Shown here in pieces: positions 6,136-15,761 of a stretch of 38,891 bases of DNA. The position numbers and the translations under genes were made by a program. How positions within the stretch are numbered: the first letter of the stretch is position 1; each line of letters opens with the position of its first letter. A model generated the notes under the pieces. It saw only the letters and a program-made list of their open reading frames with translations, was not told the origin of the DNA and made no database searches. Source of the DNA: a virus (Duplodnaviria; Caudoviricetes); the IMG/VR virus record IMGVR_UViG_3300049042_000257, positions 1-38,891 of that record; one strand, written 5' to 3'.

Positions 6136-7746
6136 ATGATCGTAAAGCTACCCAACGGCCGCGCGTTCTGTCCGTCGCAGTCACTGACTCCAGGTCAGTA
6201 TCGCGCGATCGTTGCGCAGCCGCAGCACTACTACAGCGAGAAGAACCGGACGTTCTCGTTTGTTCCCACTCCGTACGGCATTGCGTCCCTTATGGACGAG
6301 AATCTCGCCGTCGACCCGGAGCTAGCCTCCCTCGGCAAGCAATGGCACGACTTCTCCCGCCGCGAGGCACATGCGTCGAAGCCGCTGACGAGCCGGTACG
6401 CATCGGTTCTGAACAAGACTCCGTGGGATCACCAGGAGTCGGCCATCGACTTTGCCGCTCACTGCCCGTCGCCGTACTTCGACATGGGCATGGGCGTCGG
6501 CAAGAGCCTCTGTACCATCGCCACGCTCGCCGCCTGCAACCACAAGCGGACGCTGATCCTGTGCCCGAAGGCAGTCGTAGGCGTTTGGCCGCGAGAATTC
6601 CGCAAGCACAGTCGCGGCGACTTCGTCGTCGTTCCGCTAGACCAGAACTCGTCGAAGAAGAAAGTCGAGCACGCCGACAGATGGATGAAGGCAAACCCAT
6701 CCGAGAAGATGGTCTTTATCTGCAACTACGAGTCTGCGATCCAGGACGTTCTGTCCAAGTGGATTTGCTCCACGAACTGGGACAGTGTGGTGTGCGACGA
6801 GATTCACAAGATCAAGTCGCCTACGGGTGCGGCCGCACGGATGTGTGCGACGATACCTCGCGGGCATCCACTGGGACTTAGCGGGACGATGCTTCCGCAT
6901 GACCCACTCGACGTGTGGAGTCAGTATCGATTCCTGGACGCCGCAATCTTTGGGACATCTTTCACGATGTTCAAGCGGCGATACTGCGACCTTGGGATGT
7001 ACAACGAGGTTCGCCGGTTCATCGGGCTCGACGAGCTGCACCAGAAGATCAACCTGATACGTCACCATGTCCCGTCTACGGTACTGGGGCTGCCGCCGGT
7101 AACTCACAATGAGTTCCGGTTCGCGCTGTCGCCGACGGTCAAGAAGGCGTACGACAAGTTCAAGAAGGAACTGTTTGCCGAGATTCAGGGCGGCGTAGTC
7201 ACGGCAGCGAATGTGCTCGTGCGAGGGCTCAGGCTTCAGCAGTTGACCAGCGGGTTCTTCATTGACGACGAGTCGAAGGAGTGCATCTCGCTCGACGACC
7301 GTCCGAAGATAGCCGCGTTCGAGGAGTGGCTGGACTCCGTTCCACGCAATAAGAAGGCGGTGGTCTTTGTACGGTTCAAGCACGACGCCGATGCCGTCCT
7401 GGAAGTTGTTAAGCGCAACGGCAGGCGGACTGCGGAGCTGTCCGGGAGACGAAACGACCTCACCGCAGACGCTACGTTCCCAGAGGACGCAGACGTCTTG
7501 GTCGCCAACATCGCCTCCGGCGGGGTCGGAGTCGACCTTACCGCCGCAAGCTACGGCTGCTACTACTCGATCTCCTGGAATCGCGGTGAATACGAGCAAT
7601 CGATTGCGCGACTGAACCGGCCAGGACAAAATGACCACGTCACGTTTGCACATTTGATTGCGGACGATACAATTGATCCTGAGATTTACGAAGCCTTCGA
7701 GGAAGGTCGAGACCTAGTTCAAGCTGTTTTAAGTGGTCTGTGTTGA
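6136..7746 (+). CDS. SNF2-family (SF2) helicase/ATPase
   Basis: DMGMGVGKS, DEIH, LSGT, GGVGVDL, QSIARLNRPGQ; start uncertain (6097-6136). Confidence 0.92.
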   Translation: MIVKLPNGRAFCPSQSLTPGQYRAIVAQPQHYYSEKNRTFSFVPTPYGIASLMDENLAVDPELASLGKQWHDFSRREAHASKPLTSRYASVLNKTPWDHQESAIDFAAHCPSPYFDMGMGVGKSLCTIATLAACNHKRTLILCPKAVVGVWPREFRKHSRGDFVVVPLDQNSSKKKVEHADRWMKANPSEKMVFICNYESAIQDVLSKWICSTNWDSVVCDEIHKIKSPTGAAARMCATIPRGHPLGLSGTMLPHDPLDVWSQYRFLDAAIFGTSFTMFKRRYCDLGMYNEVRRFIGLDELHQKINLIRHHVPSTVLGLPPVTHNEFRFALSPTVKKAYDKFKKELFAEIQGGVVTAANVLVRGLRLQQLTSGFFIDDESKECISLDDRPKIAAFEEWLDSVPRNKKAVVFVRFKHDADAVLEVVKRNGRRTAELSGRRNDLTADATFPEDADVLVANIASGGVGVDLTAASYGCYYSISWNRGEYEQSIARLNRPGQNDHVTFAHLIADDTIDPEIYEAFEEGRDLVQAVLSGLC

Positions 7747-7797
7747 TTTTTTGTCGACCGCTTCGCGGTTGTCGTTTTAACAGAGGAGGTTCTGATT

Positions 7798-7950
7798 TTG
7801 GCGGCTAATCTGGATGCAATGACGTACGACGAGTTGGCGGCTTACATCAAGTCGCTCGACGACGAGCATCGCCAGCAGCAGAAGTATCTTCGATGCCTGC
7901 TTCGGCTGAAGGCCAAGAAGAAAAGCGAGGTGAACGATCAGCAACAGTAA
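7798..7950 (+). CDS. Small basic helical protein (50 aa, MAANLDAMTYDELAAYIKSLDDEHRQQQKYLRCLLRLKAKKK...)
   Basis: GAGGAGG RBS, TTG start; below ORF-track cutoff. Confidence 0.7.
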   Translation: MAANLDAMTYDELAAYIKSLDDEHRQQQKYLRCLLRLKAKKKSEVNDQQQ

Positions 7951-8368
7951 GACGGCGGAACTCGTCGCCGAGTTAGTCACACTCGGCGACGAGATTGATC
8001 GGGCTGAAGACGCATTGAAGTTAAAGAAAAACGAGTACAACGAACTCAATAAGATTCTCGTTGACCGCTTTGAAACCGAAAAGATCAATGCTGTAGTCGT
8101 GGATCACGAAGGAAGGAAAAAAAACGCCCACCTGAGAAGTCAGTATTGGGCAAAGAAGCGAGGTGACGGTGTCGGCCAGGAGCAAGTTTATGACGCGCTC
8201 GTCGAAAGCGGGCTTGAAGAACTTGCGGTTCGAGGCTACAACCCTCAGTCGCTGTCGTCGTTTCTCCGAGAGAAATACTCGGAAAACCCTGAGTATGAGA
8301 TTCCTGCCGCCCTTGCAAGTCTCGTAGACTTCAAGAAGGTGACGCAGATTGCAATTACGGGAAGGTGA
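7937..8368 (+). CDS. Coiled-coil phage replication-module protein, probable ATC start
   Basis: Frame open from in-frame TGA 7931; GAGGTG RBS before ATC 7937; coiled coil continues upstream of TTG 8015. Confidence 0.75.
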   Translation: MSNSKTAELVAELVTLGDEIDRAEDALKLKKNEYNELNKILVDRFETEKINAVVVDHEGRKKNAHLRSQYWAKKRGDGVGQEQVYDALVESGLEELAVRGYNPQSLSSFLREKYSENPEYEIPAALASLVDFKKVTQIAITGR

Positions 8369-8371
8369 TCT

Positions 8372-9196
8372 ATGGCTGGTGAATTGGTGTTACTGAAGCG
8401 AACTGAAATCGCGGCTATCAACTCGAGCGACCCTCGCGTTGAAGCGCTGATGTACAACATCCGCATCGCTGGCGGAATCAGCGAAAGCGACCTCGTGCAA
8501 GTCAAGAACCCCAGCGGAGGGGCTCTTGCGTTCGAAGTTGCTGCGGCGGGTAAAAAGCCGGAGTACCTCACGGAGATCATCGGCATTCCGCTGACGATCC
8601 AGCCGAAGCGTACGCTGTGGGCGGACAAGTCCATCGGCAGCGGCGAGCGCCCTGTGTGTTCGTCGAACGACCTGGTTCGGGGCAAGTTGCGGGTTGACGA
8701 CAACAAGCAACTCGACATCCCGGACACGATCCTCTCGATTGCCATGCCCGGTGCCGGGGAAGGCAAGTGCGCGAACTGCCACTTCAACCAGTGGGACACG
8801 GCAATCGACGCCAAGGGAAAGCCGACCAAGGGTAAGCGATGCAGCGAGTCGCGGGTGGTGTATCTTCTTCGTCTCGGCGATGTCTTGCCGATGAAGATCA
8901 CGATTCCGTCGGGCTCGATTGGTACGTTCAACGCGGCGGTCAAGCAGTTTCCGGTACGCACCGACCAGTGCGTAATGAAGCTGTCCCTGTCCAAAGAGAA
9001 GTCCACCAGCGGCGTTGACTTCGCCCAGTACCGAGTAGAGTTCGTGAGCGGACTTGAACCGGACGCAATCGCGTCACTTCAGGAATACGGAGAGCTTCTG
9101 GCCTCTGTGTTCGAGAATTCGCAAGTCGATCCTCCTTCGCCTCCGCAGGGCAAGGGCGATCTAACTCCGCCGATTGACGGCGAAGACGCTTTCTAA
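8372..9196 (+). CDS. Putative ssDNA-binding/annealing protein with Zn-binding cysteines
   Basis: PVCSSND, CANCHFN, GKRC; acidic tail ending in F; position in replication module. Confidence 0.65.
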   Translation: MAGELVLLKRTEIAAINSSDPRVEALMYNIRIAGGISESDLVQVKNPSGGALAFEVAAAGKKPEYLTEIIGIPLTIQPKRTLWADKSIGSGERPVCSSNDLVRGKLRVDDNKQLDIPDTILSIAMPGAGEGKCANCHFNQWDTAIDAKGKPTKGKRCSESRVVYLLRLGDVLPMKITIPSGSIGTFNAAVKQFPVRTDQCVMKLSLSKEKSTSGVDFAQYRVEFVSGLEPDAIASLQEYGELLASVFENSQVDPPSPPQGKGDLTPPIDGEDAF

Positions 9197-9342
9197 TGGC
9201 GACTGACAAGGGCGTCGTGGCTGCGAGGGCTGCCTATGGCAGATGTCTCGGCGCTCTTGGCAGACTTCTTTCCTGTCTCTACATTAGTTGCCTGGGATTC
9301 CACCCCAGGCAACTATCTTTTTCTACGGGGTTAGCAGCGTGA
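9196..9342 (+). CDS. Possible 48-aa coupling/leader ORF
   Basis: TAATG overlap upstream and GTGA overlap with the primase start; spans a terminator hairpin. Confidence 0.35.
   Translation: MATDKGVVAARAAYGRCLGALGRLLSCLYISCLGFHPRQLSFSTGLAA
9285..9322 (+). terminator. Rho-independent terminator
   Basis: 12-bp stem TAGTTGCCTGGG/CCCAGGCAACTA followed by TCTTTTT. Confidence 0.7.
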
Positions 9343-10313
9343 GCTTGCCGTCTGAATTTATCGGATCGGTGTTCTCGGATGTCGACTCCGGTTACATCAC
9401 CCTCGTTCGATTCCAGGACGGGCACGCCCTGTCGAGTCGAGTTCCCGTCGACGGTGATCTAACTGAAGTCGATGCGTACATCGAGCAGCACCGCGAGACG
9501 CTGTACTACAACATCGGAATTTCACGCGACAATCCGGGAGAACGGATTCGCGGAGGAAAGGCGTCACTTCGTTGCGCCACGATGTTATGGGCTGACGTCG
9601 ATCTTCCGAAAGAAGGGTCGGGCAAGCGGTATCCCACGCTAGAGGCGGTTACGTCGGCGCTGGACGACATGCCGCTGCGGTACTCGATCCTCGTGAACAC
9701 CGGGGGCGGGCTTCACGTCTACTGGCTTCTCAACGAGCCGTACGAGTTCTCATGCGTCGAAGACGTAGAGAAGTTCGAGCAGACACTGTCGAAGCCGTGG
9801 CAGTCGCTACTGCGGGTCAAGCTCGCCAAGTACGGCGACTACGAGATCGACTCCACGCACGACGCTACGCGGATGCTTCGCATTCCTGGGTCGTGGCACA
9901 AGAACGGCAATCAGTGCTTCATCGAGGAAGCCGACTACTCTGTGCGGTATGGCCGCGAAGACTTCGAGCCGTTCGTAGAGACGGTGCGAGTCGAGTCGTT
10001 GCTGCCGAAGTACACGCCCGTCTTTACCGGCGAGATCGAGGGCAATCTAAATCAGGTCAAGCTCGATGCGCTGTTGTACAACTCGCCTGAATTCAAGAAG
10101 GTTTGGAATCGAAAGAAAGAGTATTCTTCAGCGAGCGAGGCGGACGCTTCTCTCGCTCGTCACGGCATTACTGCTAACTGGGACGACACTGAGATTGCGA
10201 ATCTGATCGTCGCGTACAATCAGAAGTATTCGCCCGACCGGCTCGGCAAGCTGTTCCGCAAGGAGAAGGAGCACGGAAATTACATCGGTCGCACGATTGC
10301 GGCGATCTGCTGA
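9339..10313 (+). CDS. RepB-like / AEP-superfamily primase
   Basis: WADVD, NTGGGLHVYW, RMLRIPGSWH; C-terminal helical domain ending YIGRTI. Confidence 0.85.
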   Translation: MSLPSEFIGSVFSDVDSGYITLVRFQDGHALSSRVPVDGDLTEVDAYIEQHRETLYYNIGISRDNPGERIRGGKASLRCATMLWADVDLPKEGSGKRYPTLEAVTSALDDMPLRYSILVNTGGGLHVYWLLNEPYEFSCVEDVEKFEQTLSKPWQSLLRVKLAKYGDYEIDSTHDATRMLRIPGSWHKNGNQCFIEEADYSVRYGREDFEPFVETVRVESLLPKYTPVFTGEIEGNLNQVKLDALLYNSPEFKKVWNRKKEYSSASEADASLARHGITANWDDTEIANLIVAYNQKYSPDRLGKLFRKEKEHGNYIGRTIAAIC

Positions 10314-11059
10314 ACTTTGAAGACGACCTGGACGCCGAGTATTCGCCTGCGTCCGACATGACGAAGCCAAGGAGCGCCGATGACGCTGTTGATGTTTTTG
10401 ATCCTGATGAGCCGGTGGCACCGCCGGTAGAGCAGTCGCAGGATCAGCGAGCCGACTACCTGAAGCGGCTGTCGCAGTTCCTGGCCATACCAATCGCACG
10501 CTGGATTCAGGTCGGTCGAGAAGAGCCGATCTACACGCTCGTGCTCGCAACGGGGCAGCAGATCAAGATCGGCGGCGAAGCGGCCGTAGTCGACTCGCCT
10601 CGCGTATTTGCTCGACGCCTGTACTCTGAGTTGCACACTCCGATGCGTCCGGTAACGAAGGCGGAGTGGTTCACGGTTTGCAAGTTCTTAGGCGCAGTCG
10701 TCGAGCTTGTGGATTCGCCTGAAGTGACGACAAGGGAGATCGCGCTTTCGGGGGTGATGCAGTACATCGAGCAGCAGCCGGTTGCCAGAGAGACGGCCCG
10801 CGACGAGGCGATCCGCAGGGGCGCTGCATGGTACGACGGCGAGTGCTTGCACATTTACGTTCAGACGGTGATCCGGTATATCAACCTTCACGGAGGCGGG
10901 AAGAAATGGACGAACGGCGAGTTCGTGAACGCGATTCGGCAGGCGGGGTTCGATCAGTATCCAGCGAAGTACAAGGTTGACGGAATGCAGTCGACTAAGT
11001 CATACTGGAAGGCCAAGGCTGAGCCATACAGGGAGATTTTAGATGCCCGCCGTAAATGA
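10310..11059 (+). CDS. Hypothetical replication protein (CTG start at 10310 or ATG 10358)
   Basis: Long ORF between primase and helicase; CTGA overlap with primase stop. Confidence 0.75.
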   Translation: MNFEDDLDAEYSPASDMTKPRSADDAVDVFDPDEPVAPPVEQSQDQRADYLKRLSQFLAIPIARWIQVGREEPIYTLVLATGQQIKIGGEAAVVDSPRVFARRLYSELHTPMRPVTKAEWFTVCKFLGAVVELVDSPEVTTREIALSGVMQYIEQQPVARETARDEAIRRGAAWYDGECLHIYVQTVIRYINLHGGGKKWTNGEFVNAIRQAGFDQYPAKYKVDGMQSTKSYWKAKAEPYREILDARRK

Positions 11060-12719
11060 GTTTGAGTTCCGAGTTATTGGACCGCCGGGCACGGGAAAAT
11101 CGACGTACCTAGTCGATCAGGTGCAGCGTCGTGTCGACCACTGGAGCGAGCAGACCGGAGAGCCGACGAGCCAGTGCCGAGACGTATTGCTCGCCTCGCT
11201 GACCAAGACGGCTGCCGCAGAGCTTCGCACTCGCGGACTCGATATACCCAAGGAGCAGATCGGCACGCTGCACTCACACGCCCTGCACGCGCTGGGTAAG
11301 CCGAAGCTGTGCGTCAGCGCGAAGTCGATTGCGCAGTGGAATAAGGAGTCTCCGCTGGATCACTGGATGTCGGCCGGGGCGTCGGCTATGGGCGACGAGG
11401 AGATCGGCGTGAGCCTGGGGCAGTACAACGGCGACCGGCTCATGGCGGAGTACACGACGAACCGCTGCCGTCTCACTCCGCGAGAAGACTGGCGTGAGCC
11501 CGTGCGCGAATTCGCCAAGGCGTACGAGTCGTGGAAATACCGCAACGACTACCTGGATTACGAAGACCTCATCTCGAAGGCATACGAGGAGCAGACCGAT
11601 CCGCCGGGGAATCCAAGCACGATTCTCGGTGACGAGCAGCAGGATAGTAGTGCTGCGGATTTGCGCCTCATGCGATACTGGGGGTCGAAGTCGAATAAGC
11701 TAATTCTAGTCGGCGACGAAGATCAGCGCATCTTTAGCTTCCGGGGCGCAGCCGAGGACGGGATGAGCGGGGTGATTATCCCGCAGGAAAATGAGCGGGT
11801 TCTGGAGCAGAGCTATCGAGTGCCTCGCGCCGTCCACGCCGAGGCGATGCGCGTCATTGAACGCATTGAGACCAGGAAACAGGTTGTATATCGACCGCGA
11901 GACGAGGATGGTCGCGTAGATCAGGCACTGTACTCGATGCGAAATAACCCGTACGAGGCGGTGTACGAGATCGAGCGTCTACTGCAAGAGCCCGACGAAG
12001 ACCCGCGACGACCGAAGGCGATGTGCATCTTCGCCTGCGCCTACCAGGCGAATCCGCTCATGGCCGCGCTGAAGTCGGCGGGGATTCCGTTTTGGAATCC
12101 GTACGCCAAGGAGCGGAACGGCTTCAACCCGCTGCACCCAGGGTCGGGCATTAGCACGCTAGACAGGATCATCGCGTTTCTAAAGAACAGCGAGGAGTGC
12201 CACGGAGAGAACGCGAATGTCTGGACTTGGGAGCAGTTCGGCAGCTGGGCAGAGATGTGTTCGGCGGACGGGTGGCTGCGGCACGGCGCTAAGACCGAGA
12301 TCAAGAAGCGGTCGGCAGAGCATCCGGGTCGGCAAATGACCGTCGAGGAGATCGAGTCGCTCGTGTCCCACGAAGATGTCATGCTGGACTTGGCCGACTG
12401 TAATCTCGAGTGGCTTGGTCGCCACCTCCTTGAGCCGCGCCGCGGCATTTATAGCTATGTCGTTGACATAGCTAAAAAAAGGGGGTATAGTGAAGTGGTA
12501 AAGAATCCTCGCGTAGTCGTAGGGACTTGCCACTCACTCAAGGGGTCAGAGGCTGAGAATGTCTTTGTTTGCCCTGACTTGTCGGCCTCGGGCTGGGAAG
12601 CGTTCGGCAACAGCGAGACCCGCGATTCCATTTACCGACTGTTTTACGTTGCCCTGACTCGGGCTCGTAATCGCCTGATCCTGACTGCACCATCCTGTCC
12701 GCAGGCGATCATCCTGTGA
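11043..12719 (+). CDS. UvrD/REP-like SF1 helicase
   Basis: GPPGTGKS, DEQQD, VGDEDQRIFSFRGA, LEQSYR, HSLKGSE, YVALTRA. Confidence 0.93.
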   Translation: MPAVNEFEFRVIGPPGTGKSTYLVDQVQRRVDHWSEQTGEPTSQCRDVLLASLTKTAAAELRTRGLDIPKEQIGTLHSHALHALGKPKLCVSAKSIAQWNKESPLDHWMSAGASAMGDEEIGVSLGQYNGDRLMAEYTTNRCRLTPREDWREPVREFAKAYESWKYRNDYLDYEDLISKAYEEQTDPPGNPSTILGDEQQDSSAADLRLMRYWGSKSNKLILVGDEDQRIFSFRGAAEDGMSGVIIPQENERVLEQSYRVPRAVHAEAMRVIERIETRKQVVYRPRDEDGRVDQALYSMRNNPYEAVYEIERLLQEPDEDPRRPKAMCIFACAYQANPLMAALKSAGIPFWNPYAKERNGFNPLHPGSGISTLDRIIAFLKNSEECHGENANVWTWEQFGSWAEMCSADGWLRHGAKTEIKKRSAEHPGRQMTVEEIESLVSHEDVMLDLADCNLEWLGRHLLEPRRGIYSYVVDIAKKRGYSEVVKNPRVVVGTCHSLKGSEAENVFVCPDLSASGWEAFGNSETRDSIYRLFYVALTRARNRLILTAPSCPQAIIL

Positions 12720-13033
12720 CATCATTACGTCAAAAACTCGAAGCGAAGAAGGCTGGAATTCAAGATGTTAAACCTGCAATACGCATACCTGCTGGTCTGG
12801 GATTACTGGACGCGGCGCTGGCGATGGGCTGTATGGTGGTTGAAGGGGTGGACTGGGACTCTCTTATCGACCCCGACGTCCTGCTCGGCATGATGGCGTC
12901 GTCGCGCGCGTACAACCAGGAGTTTGACAGAACGCGGAGCGTGCGAGCTTCCGTGAAGGTGAAGAAGGAACCGAAGTCGAAGACTCGCTTTCGCTCGTAC
13001 AGCTATCAAGACCCAAGTGACTATGACTCCTGA
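12716..13033 (+). CDS. Hypothetical protein
   Basis: GTGA coupling; fills the gap in the operon. Confidence 0.65.
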   Translation: MTSLRQKLEAKKAGIQDVKPAIRIPAGLGLLDAALAMGCMVVEGVDWDSLIDPDVLLGMMASSRAYNQEFDRTRSVRASVKVKKEPKSKTRFRSYSYQDPSDYDS

Positions 13034-13310
13034 GACGAAGCTAAAGGTGGCGGTACTAAAGTATCTGAAGTCGCTAGGGCAGGACGTCTGGTTTTTCAAG
13101 GTCGCTGGCGGTCCGTTCCAGATGCCGGGAATTCCTGACATTATTGGCTGCTACAAGGGAACGCTATTCGGCATTGAAGTGAAGTCGGCTAAAGGTAAGC
13201 CGACGGATCGGCAGGTTCACGAGATCGAAAAGATCAACCGTGCCGGTGGGTCGGCAGGCGTTGCCTACTCGCTACAGGAAGCCCAGGGAATCATAGAGAG
13301 GATCGCTTGA
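13023..13310 (+). CDS. VRR-Nuc (PD-(D/E)xK) nuclease / Holliday junction resolvase-like
   Basis: GIPDII, IEVK, GKPTDRQ. Confidence 0.9.
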   Translation: MTPETKLKVAVLKYLKSLGQDVWFFKVAGGPFQMPGIPDIIGCYKGTLFGIEVKSAKGKPTDRQVHEIEKINRAGGSAGVAYSLQEAQGIIERIA

Positions 13311-14152
13311 GCGTAGCATCACCATTGAAATATCACGGCGGGAAGTCGTATCTCGCCAAGCGGCTCGTCGAGATGATGCCTCCGCACGTTCACTACGTCG
13401 AGACGCACGCGGGCGGGCTGTCCGTTCTGTTGGAGAAAGACCCTGAAGGCGTGAGCGAGGTCGTCAACGACCTGGATCGCCACGTCGCAAACTTCTGGCA
13501 GGTCATGCAGCATGACCACCTGTTCGAGCAGTTCGCTCGGATTATGGGCAGCACGCCGTTCTCGTCAGACGAGTGGAAGACGTCTAAGAGCCTAGCCGAC
13601 ACGCTGGGGTGGGCTGGCGTCGACGACAACGCATCAAACAACACCGGGAAGGTTCTTCGCGCCTGCTGCTTCTTTGTTACCTGCCGCCAGTCCATGGCGG
13701 GGCGCAGTCAGTCGTTTGCTCCGCTGAGCCGAACGCGGACCCGTCGCGGGATGAACGAGCAGGCGTCAGCGTGGATGTCGTGTGTCGACGGACTGCCGGA
13801 AGTTCACGAAAGACTGCGACGTGTCGTCGTGCTGAACGACGATGCAGTTCGTGTAATCGAGCAACAGGACGGACCCGAGACTCTCTTCTACGTCGATCCT
13901 CCGTACGTTCCGAGTACGCGGTCTTCGACTGGGCAGTATCGGCACGAGATGAACGTACAGCAGCACCACGACCTGCTGGTTGCACTGGGGTCAGTGGAAG
14001 GAAAGTTCCTGTTGAGCGGGTATCGCTCGGAACTCTACGACGACTATGCGTCAGGGTGGAATTGGAATAGAACCGACTTCGACCTGCCAAATAACGCTGC
14101 GTCTGGAGGGGAGAAGCGGCGAATGATCGAGTGTGTCTGGCGGAACTACTAA
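13307..14152 (+). CDS. DNA N6-adenine methyltransferase, Dam/D12 class
   Basis: YHGGKS, VVNDLD, DPPY; TTGA coupling. Confidence 0.92.
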   Translation: MSVASPLKYHGGKSYLAKRLVEMMPPHVHYVETHAGGLSVLLEKDPEGVSEVVNDLDRHVANFWQVMQHDHLFEQFARIMGSTPFSSDEWKTSKSLADTLGWAGVDDNASNNTGKVLRACCFFVTCRQSMAGRSQSFAPLSRTRTRRGMNEQASAWMSCVDGLPEVHERLRRVVVLNDDAVRVIEQQDGPETLFYVDPPYVPSTRSSTGQYRHEMNVQQHHDLLVALGSVEGKFLLSGYRSELYDDYASGWNWNRTDFDLPNNAASGGEKRRMIECVWRNY

Positions 14153-14493
14153 TGAAGATAAAAATCTTTGGTCGAATCTGGACGCTCGACTTCGTGCATC
14201 CGTCGGTTCTTCCGAAGGGCGACGTAGCCGATTGCGACCTGCCGCTGTCTCCTGGAAAGTCGATTCCAAACAAGACGATCCGCATCAGCGAAGACATAAC
14301 CGGCGAGTACCTGCTGGACACGCTGATCCACGAGCTACTTCACGCCAGTCACCCGCATATGAACGAAGAGTTTGTCAATGCCCTGGCAACTGACGTCGCC
14401 CGGTGCGTATGGAGACCTGAAGTGCTGCGTCGAGTGCTGGATGATCCGAGAGCCAAGAAGATAGTATTGGAGTTGCTCAATGAGTCTACTTGA
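14152..14493 (+). CDS. Small zincin-like HEXXH metallopeptidase-domain protein
   Basis: LIHELLHA followed by EE; TAATG coupling. Confidence 0.75.
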   Translation: MKIKIFGRIWTLDFVHPSVLPKGDVADCDLPLSPGKSIPNKTIRISEDITGEYLLDTLIHELLHASHPHMNEEFVNALATDVARCVWRPEVLRRVLDDPRAKKIVLELLNEST

Positions 14494-14743
14494 GAAGGTA
14501 CGGAGCAGTGATCGCGGCAAGCAGCCGAAAGTGATCGAGCGGCTATTGCTGCAAGGAAAGATCAGTCGGAGAATCTACAAGGAGTTGATCGAGCTTCGCG
14601 AAGCCTGGCGCAGCGGGGAGCTACTAGAGGGATCGGTCGTAGTACACAGGGAGATTGAAAACGCAACGAAGCAAGAAATCCCGCGCAGCACAGTGGTAAA
14701 CTGGCTAGGGAAAAAGGGGTACGCTAGTGTCAATCGCAAGTAA
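14480..14743 (+). CDS. Hypothetical, possible HTH protein
   Basis: GGAG RBS; IPRSTVVNWL helix. Confidence 0.65.
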   Translation: MSLLEKVRSSDRGKQPKVIERLLLQGKISRRIYKELIELREAWRSGELLEGSVVVHREIENATKQEIPRSTVVNWLGKKGYASVNRK

Positions 14744-15761
14744 GATCAAAAGCCAGAACGACGACGCCGTATTTGCCGAGATCAAGAAGCGCAAGCGAGT
14801 CACCACAGCGGAGCTTGTAAAGGCGACCGGCGCTCGCGCCGACATCATCGAAGGCTGTATTGATCGCCTGCAAGAGCGGGGCGTACTGGTTCACAAGCGA
14901 GGCTCCGCGTGGGTTCTCGATAAAGAGCCGCCGGTCGGATCGGCAAAAGACTTCGTGTTCACGTCGGACGCATCCGGGAAGTATCGGTTCGGCTTCTCGT
15001 CGGACCAGCACATCTGCTCGAAATACTCTCGCCTCGACGTACTCGACGACCTGTACCAGAAGTTCGCTGATCGCGGAATTCGTACGGTCTTCAACGGCGG
15101 AAACTGGATTGACGGCGAGGCTCGCTTCAATAAGCACGACCTACTCGTGCATGGGTGTGACGCCCAGTGCCGAGAACTTGCGAAAGTGTTTCCTCGCCAC
15201 AAGGGCATTACGACGTACGCGGTAGCCGGTGATGACCACGAAGGCTGGTACAACCAGCAACTCGGCATCGACATCGGCGCGTACGCCGCAGAGAAGATGC
15301 GGGACGCGGGCCGCAATGACTGGGTAAACCTTGGCTACATGGAGGCGTTCGTCACGCTTCGCCATCGCAAGACGGCTAAGGAGTGCAAGGGGATGATTAT
15401 GCACCCAGGCGGCGGCAGTGCTTACGCCATTAGCTACAAGCCGCAGAAGATCGCTGAGTCGTTCTCGGGCGGCGACAAGCCTGCGTTCATGGTGATCGCG
15501 CACTACCACAAGATGTCGTATCAGTTGACGCGGAACATTCACACCGTGCAGTCGGGCACGACGGAAGATCAAACGCCGTTCATGAGAAAGAAGGGGTTGG
15601 ATGCCCACGTCGGCGGTGGGATCATGGAGCTGGAGCAAGACCCGCGAACCGGCGCGCTCGTGGCTTGCAAAGTGGAGTTCTTCAACTACTTCGTGAAAGG
15701 GTACTACAATGGCCGTTGGTCTCACTCCGGCGACGTCGTCCACGCCAAGCGTCTTGGATAA
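14727..15761 (+). CDS. Winged-HTH fused calcineurin-like metallophosphoesterase
   Basis: SDQH, GNWIDG, GDDHE, HP, AHYH; N-terminal wHTH-like segment. Confidence 0.85.
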   Translation: MSIASKIKSQNDDAVFAEIKKRKRVTTAELVKATGARADIIEGCIDRLQERGVLVHKRGSAWVLDKEPPVGSAKDFVFTSDASGKYRFGFSSDQHICSKYSRLDVLDDLYQKFADRGIRTVFNGGNWIDGEARFNKHDLLVHGCDAQCRELAKVFPRHKGITTYAVAGDDHEGWYNQQLGIDIGAYAAEKMRDAGRNDWVNLGYMEAFVTLRHRKTAKECKGMIMHPGGGSAYAISYKPQKIAESFSGGDKPAFMVIAHYHKMSYQLTRNIHTVQSGTTEDQTPFMRKKGLDAHVGGGIMELEQDPRTGALVACKVEFFNYFVKGYYNGRWSHSGDVVHAKRLG

